Shown here one piece after another: positions 40,100 through 51,096 of a stretch of DNA of 64,000 nucleotides. The position numbers and the translations under genes are program-made. The stretch is from Isurus oxyrinchus (lineage: Eukaryota). Under the pieces are notes generated by a model that worked only from the letters and a program-made list of their open reading frames with translations, made no database searches and had not been told where the DNA came from. The DNA lies in the NCBI GenBank assembly GCA_026770705.1, contig JANJGN010000042.1, positions 4,464,001 to 4,528,000 of the forward strand, written 5' to 3'. The stretch's first letter is position 1. Every line of letters begins with the position of its first letter.

Positions 40100-40560
40100 T
40101 TTTACTTTAAGGAATTAAATGCCACAGTAGTTTTTTTTTCATTCTCTCTGACCTATTTTTTGTGCAACATGATGAATTGGCGGGATGTATTGCTGGTGAA
40201 ATGGAGCTTACATTCCAACAGAGCAGGAGAGGGTCATAAAGGTGTAGCAGTGGATGTGATGTAGAGTGCTCCAGCAGTTCAGCAGGGAGTCCATCCGTCT
40301 CGGACGCCCTTCTGTTAGTTGTGTGTTTATGGCCTTCTCGAACTTAAGTGATAATGGTTTTTCATCTAAATTATCCATGATAGGGAGTTGCCAAAGAGTG
40401 CCAAGGGCAAACCGAGAGATGTCTGTCTCTGAGGATTGCAACTCCGTGTACTGCTCAACCCAGCAGCACTACTGTTTCTTCTGTCGGTGAGGACTATCCA
40501 TCCATCGTCGGGGAGCAACTTTGATGATGGCAGGGGAAAACGCCCTCTTGATTATTTGGT
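40100..40560 (-). mobile_element. RTE-like LINE RT fragment
   Basis: ORF 40208..40441 reads PIMDNLDEKPLSLKFEKAINTQLTEGR, resembling the start of RTE RT domains. Confidence 0.55.
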
Positions 40561-40852
40561 CCATGGCTCATAGGTTTCCATTGTCGAAATGTATTCTTTT
40601 TTTGCCATAAGCGAATCACGTGTTTCTTTCTCTCTGTGTCTCCCTATCTTTTGTACATCTAATTTAGCACATTTCAGGCCGTGTACTATTTCAGTTATTA
40701 GACCTATGTTGTACACATTCGGCAAGCTTTGTTCTTTGGATCAATGACAGGTCTCGTCTTACCTGATTCAGGCTCAAACCAGCCCTTGTTCTGGGTTCAG
40801 CACTTAACAAATGACGCTTCTGCTGCGTCACAGATGAGTGAATTGGGTCATT

Positions 40853-41215
40853 TGGTGGAAAATGGTAATTCCCTAGACTAGCAATCTAGAAAGTCTAACC
40901 AATGATCTGGGAACATTGGTTTACAAACCACCATGGCAGATAGTGAAATTTCAATTAAATTAATATATCTGAAATAGTAATCATGTCATACAGAATCGAT
41001 TGCTGTAAAAAGCCAACCGATTCACTCATCGTTTACGGAAGGAAATCTGCCGTCCTTACCTGGTCTGATTTACATGTGACTACAAGCCTCCAGCAATGTT
41101 GTTGACTTATAGATGCCGTTCGAAATAGCCTGGCAAGATACTGAGTTAAAGTGCCAGTAGGAATGGGCAACAAATGATGGCCTTGCCACAGGTGCACACA
41201 CCCATGAAATAATAT
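40853..41215 (+). mobile_element. tRNA-derived SINE, near full length
   Basis: Head ggtggaaaatggtaa...gactagcaatc, body ggaaggaaatctgccgtccttacctggtctg, tail ggaatgggcaacaaatgatggccttgcca...cccatgaaat. Confidence 0.8.
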
Positions 41216-41419
41216 TTTTTTAAAAATCTTCGATTATTCACATACATAATGTTTTTAAGTATATATTCCGGTTTAGAAGTGGTGTATCTGACACATGGGT
41301 GAATATTCCGTGGCTGTGTGAATATTGCCAGTGGTGCTTCAGACAGGTTTAATTTATTTTATTCCCGTACAAAAATGGGTGAACATGTCGTAAGCTACAT
41401 AGCCAACCGATATTAGCAC

Positions 41420-42190
41420 TACATGTAAGTAACATTAGTGCAACAACAGTGCCAGGCAAGGACAAGAGAGAATCCAATCATCTCCTCTTTGTCTTCAGTG
41501 GTGTCACCATCGCTGAATCCTCCAATATCAACATCCTGGTCTTTACCGTTGATCAGAAACTGAACTGGGCTAGCTGTCTTAATACTATGGTTATAAGAAC
41601 AGATCAGAGACTGGTAATCCTTCTGAGGGTAACTCACTGGCTGACTCCCAAAATTCTGTCCACCATTTGCCATGCACAAGCCAGGAGTGTGATTTAATTC
41701 ACTCCAATTGTCTGGGTGAGTGCAACTCTGATGACACTCAAGTAGCCCTACACTATCCTGGATAAAGCAGGCCGTTTGATTGGCACTCTATGCACCATCT
41801 TAAACATACACTCACTCTGCCACCGACGCACAGTGGCAGCTGTGTGTATCATCTACAAGATGCACTGCAGGAGCTCACCAAGGTTCCTTCGAAATACCTA
41901 TCATATCTGCTACAAGGAGACGGGAAAGAGCAGCAGATACATTGGAGCACCAGCGCCTGCAGGTTCTCCTCCATGCCACACGCGATCTTGATTTGAAATG
42001 ACACTGACCCTCGATCTGTGTTGCTGGGTCAACTCCATTCACCATTGTTAATAGCACAATGAGTGTCCCTGCAATACACGGATGTCAGCGGTTCAAGAAG
42101 GGAGCTAACAATCTTCTCAAGGGTAATTATTGATGTGCAATAAATGCTGGCGCAGCCAGCGACGACCACGTCACGAGGATGAATAGAAAA
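41420..42190 (+). mobile_element. CR1-group LINE (SINE-partner family), 3' part
   Basis: Reads SNINILVFTVDQKLNW and HSLCHRRTVAAVCIIYKMHC; tail gcaataaatgctggcgcagccagcgacgaccacgtc. Confidence 0.85.
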
Positions 42191-42620
42191 ATGCAATGCA
42201 ATGATGCACCTGACACATGTTAATTCAGCACCTCCACTGTACAGAGATGTATGCACATTCTAAACTCTCTATTCCACTGAACTGGATTCGGTCTGTCAGT
42301 TGCAAAACATCTTTTACTATCTCGCTAGCGCCGTCATTCATACTTTGAAGAGTCTAAACAGTATGCTTTTAATTTTTCATTGAACCAAGAAAAAATGGAA
42401 CTTTTTTCGGTTATATTTTCCACAGATTGAGCTCTATGCTCCTCCTTATCTGGAAAGCAGAAGAGGGCGACTAGTTCCATGAGCGCTCCTGCTGCTGGAT
42501 GTGCGATTCAAGCCATTCATCAACGAATGCCCGAGACCTACCTTTTCCCTCTCAGCTTTAATCAGCGACTTAAACCCAAATCTGCCTCCTGTGTCTGGAT
42601 CCATTTACCCAACAATATGT
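42190..42620 (+). repeat. Local segmental duplication, copy 2, immediately upstream of the promoter of intact copy E
   Basis: Colinear with 36760-37214; both copies follow the same LINE 3' end. Confidence 0.9.
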
Positions 42621-42776
42621 GGAATTATGAAGAGCTGTTATGAAAAACGCCTTCCAGTTTCTAAAAAAAGAAACAATTTTTTTCTCTAAAATATACATTT
42701 ATTAAAACAATTTGTTAAATGATTGTCTGACCATCTTTCTTCAAATGATTGGAACTAATGAACTCGATGTTGTCAT

Positions 42777-42813
42777 CTAATTGCCCCTCTAGAGATTAGC
42801 TGTTTGTATAAAG
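42777..42813 (+). promoter_or_regulatory. Putative proximal promoter of intact copy E
   Basis: CTAATTGCCCCTCTAGAGATTAG (first 16 bp identical to copy B) at -93 from the ATG; TATAAAG at 42807-42813. Confidence 0.65.
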
Positions 42814-42869
42814 AATTAGAATTTGCCACATGGCATCTGACAGGACTTTAAGCTCTTGGCTATACGAGA

Positions 42870-42939
42870 ATGCATACTCCGACCAATAATCCTGTCTTTT
42901 CAGCAGTGTATCCTGTTATTGCAGCTCTTGGTGCACCAG
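42870..42939 (+). CDS. GPR139/GPR142-like class A GPCR copy E, coding exon 1 (MHTPTNNPVFSAVYPVIAALGAP)
   Basis: ATG at 42870, 70 nt, consensus donor CAG|GTGAGT at 42939/42940. It joins in frame to 51097 (G|TC = Val) and is homologous to exons A, B and D. Confidence 0.88.
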
Positions 42940-44437
42940 GTGAGTTATTCAAACTACTTTGACCGGCGTAAAAATCTTTGTTAAACTGATTTCGTGTTTG
43001 TGCTGCGACTCCACGGTGTTCACCATCTTCTTTTCAATGTTCCATAACTTATCATCTCTCCAAATTTATCTGTCCAATGGTCTGAATGCTATTGCCTTCC
43101 TATGTGCACTCAAAATTTAATTCTTCTGAAATTTCTAACTTCCTTAGACTCCAACATAAGTATTAATATGTAACAGAAATGACAGCTTGGCCATTTCGTT
43201 CCAATTCTTTCCCATGAGTTGATTTAACCTTGTTCTTAAACTCTCAGCTCGAAATATACATCACCTATAATTGGAAAAACAGCATATTGATATAATACAG
43301 CTCCTAATGCATATTGACATTTCCGTTCTGTCTGCATTGGCATGACTCGTGAACTGGCATCTTTGAAGTCTGATATATTAAACTATGCCATGTTATATCT
43401 AAACAGCCTATAATACAATGCAGGTGATGGCGAATGTGCTGCAGTTAGTGTTGCTTTCAATTCCACTTTGATTTGATTCAGCAATGACAACACTTCCGAA
43501 CTCACAACTTGTGAAGTTTTTGCAGGCGTTTAATGCATAATTCGAATGGCCATTCGTTCTGTACATGAAACGGTGAAACTGCTGTTTTTAGACTACCAAT
43601 TATTGAGTAATCTTCAGTCAAGGAAGCAGCTAAAAAAAAACAGCTGATTAAATAAGTATTAAGTGAAATAACCGATTCATTAAGTGTCCGAAATAATTCT
43701 TTAAACACAGTTTATGAAACAGTGTTATTTGTGAATGTGAAAATAACTAATGAATAAATGAACGTTCGACTAATCATATCGATCGTGTTACACACACACC
43801 TCTGTCCACAATGATCGGTTCTATTGCTATTTGTCTCATGTTCCACCTTGGTACAAAGTTAGCTGCCCTTGACATCTCTCCAGCTCAACAATTAATACAC
43901 CAATTCTTAGAATGGTGAATAGAATCATGACATTTGACGGGAGAAGAGGGGGCATTTTGGACCATCATGAAGACAGGTGTTTTGAAGGGATTCATTGAAG
44001 AGCTTTAGGGGAAGACCTGGACTGTGGGAGTTATTGGGATGTTGTCTTTTTTCCTGTACGATGTTATAATGCCATGATAAAATTTCGTTTTGCATTTTTG
44101 TTGCATTTATCATTGCTTCTGTATGTAAGCTACTGCTGTTTGTTTTCAATCACCAAACTGTTGCAAATATCTCGCAAGTAATGGAAATATTCTTTGAAAC
44201 TTTGCTTCAAATTACTGCACTACTCGTGACATCCAGGACACGCTTTTGCTCTGGCTACAATATTTATACTCTATGACTCAAACCCTGCCTCGTATTTGCT
44301 GCTGTTTCCCGATGTGGTATTACAGCCAATTATAAGTCTCCTGGCTTTGTACCATGAAGGCTCCGGTTGATATTTGCATGTTCTCTGCTGAGCTTGTGTA
44401 TTCTCGCTGTTTGTACTCGTGTCAGATTCTGTTTAGG

Positions 44438-45030
44438 AACATAGAAACATGGGATCAGAATCGGCTATTCCGCCCCTCGAACCTCTTCCGTCTGTTGACT
44501 AGATCTGAGGTTGATCTTCTACCTCAAAGATTTTTCTTTTAATGTCATTGGTGCTGAGAAATCAATCGAACTCTGGTTTGAACATATTGAATGATGGAGC
44601 CTCCACAGGCCTCAAGGGTAGACAATTTCAAAGACTCACCGCGCTCTGACTGAATAAATTCTCCCTCATCTCTGCCCTAAGTTGCCTCCCTTTTGTTTTC
44701 AGACTCTGTCCCCGGCCCAAGACCATCCCAGCTAGGGAAACATCTTGCCTGCGTTTTGTGGCCTGGAAGAATTCTGCACACCTCAATGAAGTCACCTCCC
44801 ATTCCTCTAATCTCCAGACAGAACAGACCCTATTTTCCCATTCTCTTCTCATAGAACGATGCCACCATCCCAATGAATAGCCTGTTTATCTACAGCTACA
44901 TTCCCTCTATGGTGTATATATCCCTCCTCAGACACGGTGACCAATACTGCACCAACTCTCCTTCGTTGGTCTCATCAAAGCTCTTTTTTAACAACTGCAG
45001 GAAGACGTCTTTGCTCCTGCACTCAAACCC
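44438..45030 (-). mobile_element. CR1-type LINE 3' end (intronic)
   Basis: Tail aacatagaaacat at 44439; ORF reads RGQSLKTKGRQLRAEMRENLFSQSAVSL. Confidence 0.85.
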
Positions 45031-45369
45031 TCTTGCCTGTTCTGAACAGAATGCAATCCCCACTGACGAAAGAACGAATAGCTGCTGCTTCAGGGCTTGA
45101 CAGACTTTTCACTATCCTCCTCAACTGCACATTCTGTTTCTGACTGTGCAAGTACTGGATTCTTTATTTTTTCTTTTTCTGACGAAAATACTTCTATCAG
45201 GGTGAGCTCTGACATTCAATCCTCAAATCTCTTAAATACATCTGTCACTTCCCCTGTCCCTGAACTCAAAATGGAGCTCCTTGATGTTCCATGCTGACTC
45301 CCTACTGAGGACACCCTGTTAAACTTTCCCCTCATTCTGCTGACTCTGCTGACCCTGCCAGCGGGGAGA

Positions 45370-46440
45370 TGTGCAAAATGTCTATCCAATTGTGAACAAC
45401 ACACTTGTCGTTCATGAACGTCTCATGGATGAACACCTCGGCATGTCTGCCTGACTGGAAACGTGGCTGAGGGAAAGGGGCACCATGCCACGTAATGAAG
45501 TTCACTCCACAAAACTCCCAGCTACATCTATATGACATGCTGAGGGTCGACCATCGTTGTGGTGATGTTGCACTTATCACCAGGTCACTACAGTTCGTGA
45601 CTGTGGACATGTCTGGTACATTATCATCCCTTGGAGCATTTCACGCTGTTTCCTCCAGCTCACACTTCCTTCAAAATCAAAATTCTCCATCGCACTTCCG
45701 AGGTACATTTGGCTTTGCCTCCTTTACACCCTGCACCATCCACGCTCATCTTCTCACCCTTACTACTTTCTAGATAATCACATCCTCTCACTCGTTTCAG
45801 TTCACTGCCCTCTTATCATCCCTATGTCCATCAGGGAAACTTAAAAACCCATAATTACAGGACCTGGATCTTGGCATTTGAAGTCGCCTTGCTAAACGCA
45901 TTTGTATCAGAGGCAAATAAGAGATAATTTTGCTGTGTTGCTCAAAACCCACAGCCCTCCAAGCCCAAGCAGCGTCCCTCTTCAGCCTGGAACCATGGAC
46001 AAATATGCATCCATTGACTTATATGTTCACGTTCAACATCCCAGCTGTCGAGTATTTTGTTGCTTCTTCTCCACAACATTTTCCCGCTGTTATTTCCCAC
46101 AATTGCATTCTCCACCCCGTCCACCTTATACGTCCTCGCTCTAAATGAAAAACAAAATCATCATTCTGCATGCCTTTTGTTTTTTCCCGGGAACAGCCCT
46201 CATTCACTTCTACAAGGACAATGGCAGTGGACTGAAGCTTAATGGCTGACAACAGACTCTGCTTTCGACCATCAGATAAAATCGATCAAAGTATTAATGG
46301 ATCCTGCTCTCATTTGCTTACACTGCGCGCTATTCTCTCATCATCATAGAATGCAAACATAACCATTCAGTCGTTTTTCTGCTGCCGTTTCTTTAACCAC
46401 TCCCTGCTTTCCTTTCCGTCCTATTCTCCAAATGTAAGTG
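45370..46440 (+). mobile_element. L2-like LINE endonuclease/linker remnant (intronic)
   Basis: ctgactggaaacgtggctga (ETWL-like) and cgttgtggtgatgttgcacttatc (RxGGVAL-like) in C/T-rich sequence typical of L2. Confidence 0.55.
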
Positions 46441-46859
46441 TGAGTACAATATTGGTGTCTTTGACATGAAGATTCAGAAAATATTATCAGTTTTCTCCGT
46501 TGCATTCCTTACTTCCGTAAGAGCACCAGACAGAGCGTATTATAATAGTCCTCTGCCAACACTTGTAACAGAAATCTATCTCATTTTTTTCTCCTATATA
46601 CTGTCATATCTTTTGACAATTCACCTTTCTCCATTACACCCACCTCCTTCTCCTTTGATTCCATCCCCAATGAAATGCTGACTAACTATGTATATGTCCT
46701 CAGAGAACAATACCCGTAATGGTGTAGCAGCAGGGAGATAAGACTTTGGAAGTGATTCTCCGGCTACGATTACAGAGCTAAGTGCGGACCAGGTAAGAGT
46801 GCTCTCTCTCACTCCACTCCCGGACCCAAGCTGGAAGACAAAGGCAGACTTTTGAACAG

Positions 46860-47945
46860 TGGCCCCGAGCTGTAGAATATCCTACGTGGGGAACATACCC
46901 TCCACAACCACCCAGTCAAGTCCCCTCGGAATCTTATGTGTTTTAATCAATTCATATTTTACATTTCCACGCTCCAGCAGATACAAGCCTATCCAGCCTT
47001 TCAATAGAAAGCAACCCGCCCATTCCAGGTATTGACCAGTAAAAAAACCTATGAACTGCATTTACATTTTTACCATGCAAGGGGACCAAAACTGCACACA
47101 AATGTGGTCTCATCAACGTCCTATATAAATGAAGCATAAACTCTATAACCCTTAATTAAATAGCCCTTGCAATAAATGATAACATTGATAGAATCACAGA
47201 GTCACAGGGCGGAAGAGGCACTTCGGCCCATCGGGTCAGCACTGTTCCATTAGCTTTGTCACTTACTTGCTGCACCTGCACACTAATCTTTTTTTTGGTG
47301 AAACATGTACTAATACATCCAGGTCCCACTCCAAATATGAGCTCTTCAATCTCTCACCATTTCGATAATATGCCTCTTTATTAATAGTCATGGTAAAATG
47401 AAGAACCTCAAATTTTCCCACATGCTGCTCCATTTACCTCATCTTTTTTCCCACTCACCTAGATTATCTGTATGCTTTGGTCAGCTCCTTATGTCCTCTT
47501 CAGAAATAACTTTCCTTCTAGTTTGTGCCCTTACAAAATTCAGCAGCAATATTATCGCACCCTTCATCCAATTGATTGATATAAATTGAAAAGATTTGCG
47601 GCCCCAGTGCTGAATAATGTGGGAAACCACTCGTCAGATCATGCCAACTAGAAAATGATCAATTTAAGCCTACTCTCAGTTGTCTGTCATCCAGCCAATT
47701 TTCTATCCATGCCAACATATTACCCTCTGCACCATGAGATTTTATTTTCCACAATAAGCTATGATGAGTGATCTGAACAATGTCTACGAAAATCAAAGTT
47801 CAAGACATTCACAAGATCCCCTTCTCCACATACCTATTACTTACTCGAAGAACTGGAAATTGGTTAAGCATGATTTCCCTTTCGCAAAACTATGCAGATT
47901 CTGCCTGATTATGTTTAATTCATCTATGTGCCCCGTGATAATGTC
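46860..47945 (-). mobile_element. CR1-type LINE fragment (intronic)
   Basis: ORF reads MLHLYRTLMRPHLCAVL...GMGGLLSIERLDRL; homologous to 34800-35780. Confidence 0.8.
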
Positions 47946-47994
47946 TTAACGAAGTTCGCCGCATAATTCTCCTCCAAAACGACTTCACTAACTT

Positions 47995-48300
47995 CCGGTT
48001 CCTTGGGACTAATCCCACTTGGTTCCGTAATTATCTATTTAATCGTCAGCACAGTAACAATTGCAAGGACTTTTCTATCCCTCCCGAACTGTTACCTCTG
48101 GAGTCCTCCAAGTTTGAGCCTTGACACCACCACCCACAACCCCTCTCCTTCCAATTCTTCTTCACAGGTTATTGCTTCGCTACATCACCCAGAAGCACTG
48201 AGTTATTTTAAATTCTACGCTGCTGACACCAATCTCTTCCCCAACACTACTTCTCTCGACTCCATGACAGTTGTTAAATCATCAGGCTTCTTATTCGATG
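47995..48300 (+). mobile_element. L2-like RT remnant (intronic)
   Basis: tggttccgtaattatcta...cgtcagcac (WFxxYLxxR), gttacctctggagtcctccaag (VTSGVxQ) and FKFYAADTNL (cf. YADDTQL). Confidence 0.65.
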
Positions 48301-48499
48301 CCAGCACCAGATGGACAGGTACTTCCACTAAATAAACTTGGGACTGCACATTGCAATCTCAGTCCTAAGCGACCGACTCCATCCCGCCCCCTGTAAAGAG
48401 CGTTGTTTTAAGCCGTTCTCTTCACAAATGTATAACCACATTCGATCTGAGATGAGTTTCCAAACGTATATCTGTGCCACGACTCAGACTATTTATTTC

Positions 48500-50295
48500 C
48501 ACAGAAACACAGAATAAGACAGTGCAGAAGATGAAATTGGGTCCATTGAGCCTGCAGCAACACGTGAGAAAAACGTGACCTACCTACCTAATCCCATTTA
48601 CCAGCACTTGGCCCATAGCCTTGATTGCTATGACATGCCAAATACTCATCCAGGTACATTGAAAGGATGTGAGGCACCCGCCTCCACCAGCCTAAAAAAA
48701 GCCAAAAAAAATGCGGATGCTGGAAATCCAAAACAAAAATAAAAATACCTGGGAGAACTCAGCAGGTCTGGCAGCATCTGCCGAGAGGAACACACTTTCG
48801 CGTCCGAATGATTGCAATAGACCTAAGTAAAAATAGAAAAGAGGTCAAATATAAGCTGGTTTAAGGGGAGTGGGGTGGGACAGGTAGAGCTGGATAGAGG
48901 GCCAGTGATAGGTGGAGATAGCCAAAAGATGTCATTAGACAAAAGGACAAAGAGGTGTTGAAGGTGGTGATATTATCTAAGGAATGTGCTAATTAAGGGT
49001 AGAAAGCCGGACAAGCAAGGTACAGATAGCGCTAGTGGGGGTGGGGTGGGGTGAAGGGAAGGGATTGAAATAGGCTAAAATGTAGAGATTAAATAAATGG
49101 TTGGAAATGTATTTTAAAATAATGAAAATAGGTGGGAAAAGATGAATCTATATAAATTATTGGAGAAAAGAGGGGGATCGGGAAGGGAGTGGGAATGTAC
49201 GAGAGAATTCATGATCTAAAATTGTTTTATTCAATATTCAGTCCAGAAGGCTGTAAAGTGCCGAGTCGAAAGATGAGGTGCTTTTCCTGTAGTTTGCGTT
49301 GAGCTTCACTGGAACAATGCAGCAGGCCAAGGACTAAGGGCATGAGATCAGGGTGGAATGTTGAAATGGCAAGCGACAGGGAGGTCTAGGTAATGCTTGC
49401 GGACAGACTGAAGGTATTCTGCAAAGCATTCACCCAGTCTGTGTTTGGTTTCTCCAGTGTAGAGGAAACCTAATTGGGAGTATCGAATGCAGTAGACTAA
49501 ATTGAGGGAAGTGCGAGTGAAATGCTGCTTCACTTGAAAGGATTGTTTGGGCCCTTGGACGGTGAGGAGAGGGGAAGTAAATGGGCAGGTGTTGCAACTT
49601 CTGCGGTTGCATGTGAAGGTGCCGTGGGAGGAGTTTGATGTATAGGGGGTGATGTAGGAGTGGACAAGGGTGTCCCAGCCTCTCAGGCGGTGCACTCTGA
49701 ACCGTCACCACCCTCTTGGTAAAGATATTCTTCCTCACAACCTCCCTAAACCTCCTGCTCCTCACCTTGAACTTATGCCCCCTTATAATTGACCTTTCAA
49801 ATAAGGGGAACAGCTGCTCTCTATGCACCCTGTCCATGTCTCTCAAAATCTTGTACACATCGATCAGGTTGCCTTTCAGTCTTCTCTGCTCCAATGAAAA
49901 CAACTGAAGTCTATTAAACATCTCTACATAGGTTAAATGTTTCATCCCAGGCAACATCCTGGTGAATCTCCTCTACACCCCCTCCAGTATAATCATATCC
50001 TTCCTATAATGTGGCGATCAGAACTGCACACAGTACTCCAGCTGTGGCCTCACCTGTTCATTATAACTCCAACATGTCCTGCCTAATTTTTGTAATCTAT
50101 GCCTCGATTGATAAAGGCAAGTGCCCCATATGCCTTTTCACCACCCCACTAACCTACCCCTCCACCTTCAGACATCTATGGATGCACACGCCAAGGTCCC
50201 TTCGTCCCTCTGAACTTCTTAGTGTCATGCTGTTCATTGAATACTTCCTTGTCAAATTACTCCTTTCCAAGTGTATCACCTCACACTGTTCATCA
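48500..50295 (-). mobile_element. CR1-type LINE 3' end split by a Penelope insertion
   Basis: ORF reads MLPGMKHLTYVEMFNRLQLFSLEQRRLKGNLIDVYKILR...FTKRVV. Segments 49675-50295 and 48500-48693 are contiguous when compared with 9930-10590. Confidence 0.9.
48694..49674 (-). mobile_element. Penelope-like element (GIY-YIG endonuclease end plus 3' terminus) with a 7-bp target-site duplication
   Basis: ORF 49348..49695 reads CNRRSCNTCPF...NLVYCIRYSQLGFLYTGETKHRLGECFAEYL...PVACHFN. CCAGCCT occurs at 48687-48693 and 49675-49681. Confidence 0.92.
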
Positions 50296-50539
50296 GTATG
50301 ATCACTCGATTTTGCCCCGGTCTCGGTGTATATGATACTCATACACTCATAAAAAACGCCTTTGTCTCAGACTAAACTATCAGAAAGGACGCATAGCTGC
50401 TCTCCCAAATACTTGCCTCCATGAAAATGAGGACTTAAAAACCCAAAGATGAGTCTTAATGCATTCAAAACAGAAAATCTCTTCCTCTCTTTAAAAATAC
50501 AGCCAAACCTGTTGAACATTTATAGAACGCCCTATTCTT

Positions 50540-50905
50540 GTTAACCTCTGATATCTATGTCTTAACTCACTCCACCCTATACTGCCTGTGTACGTTGGCC
50601 TCTGCTTGTTCTCACTCAATTAAAGCCTTGATTTTAAAATCATTGCAAATGTTTGCAAATCCTTCCATGAAATCACCACTCCCTATTCCTGCAATCCACC
50701 CCAGAACCACAACCATCCAAGATCAATGTGCTATACTAATTCTGCCCTCGTATACAACGTCTATTTGAAACACAACACGTTGTTTTGCGTTGGCTAGGCC
50801 ATAATCTCTGGAATTTGATCCTTGTCCCTCTCTGCTCTTCCCCCACTGTTTCCCCCATTAATGCACTCTTTAAAACGTACCTCTATGTCCTAGCCTGGTC
50901 CACAG
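50540..50905 (+). mobile_element. L2-like LINE 3' remnant (intronic)
   Basis: ttgattttaaaat...aaatccttccatg...ctctggaatt...cttttaaaacgtacctct resembles L2 3' ends. Confidence 0.6.
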
Positions 50906-51096
50906 CACACCTATAATGCTGTCGTATCTTTGGCATTTCAGCATTCCGGTTCATTTCATTTATACCTTAATTCCAGAAAAAATGTGCCATATTCCAGATT
51001 TATGATGTAACAGTGCTGTACATTTTAAAAATAAACAGTGGAACTGTTGTGGTCGCTCTCAGTCTCAACCCTTGTTTCCCTTTGCCACTCCTTCAG

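Noticed and set aside
49430-49957. 175-aa ORF as a novel chimeric gene
   Set aside because: It is the CR1 ORF2 C-terminus running out of frame into the Penelope insertion.
51072-51096. ORF-track start (MFPFATPS) for the 310-aa GPCR as a single-exon gene
   Set aside because: The start is a TTG inside the polypyrimidine tract. The real N-terminus and first half of TM1 come from exon 42870-42939.
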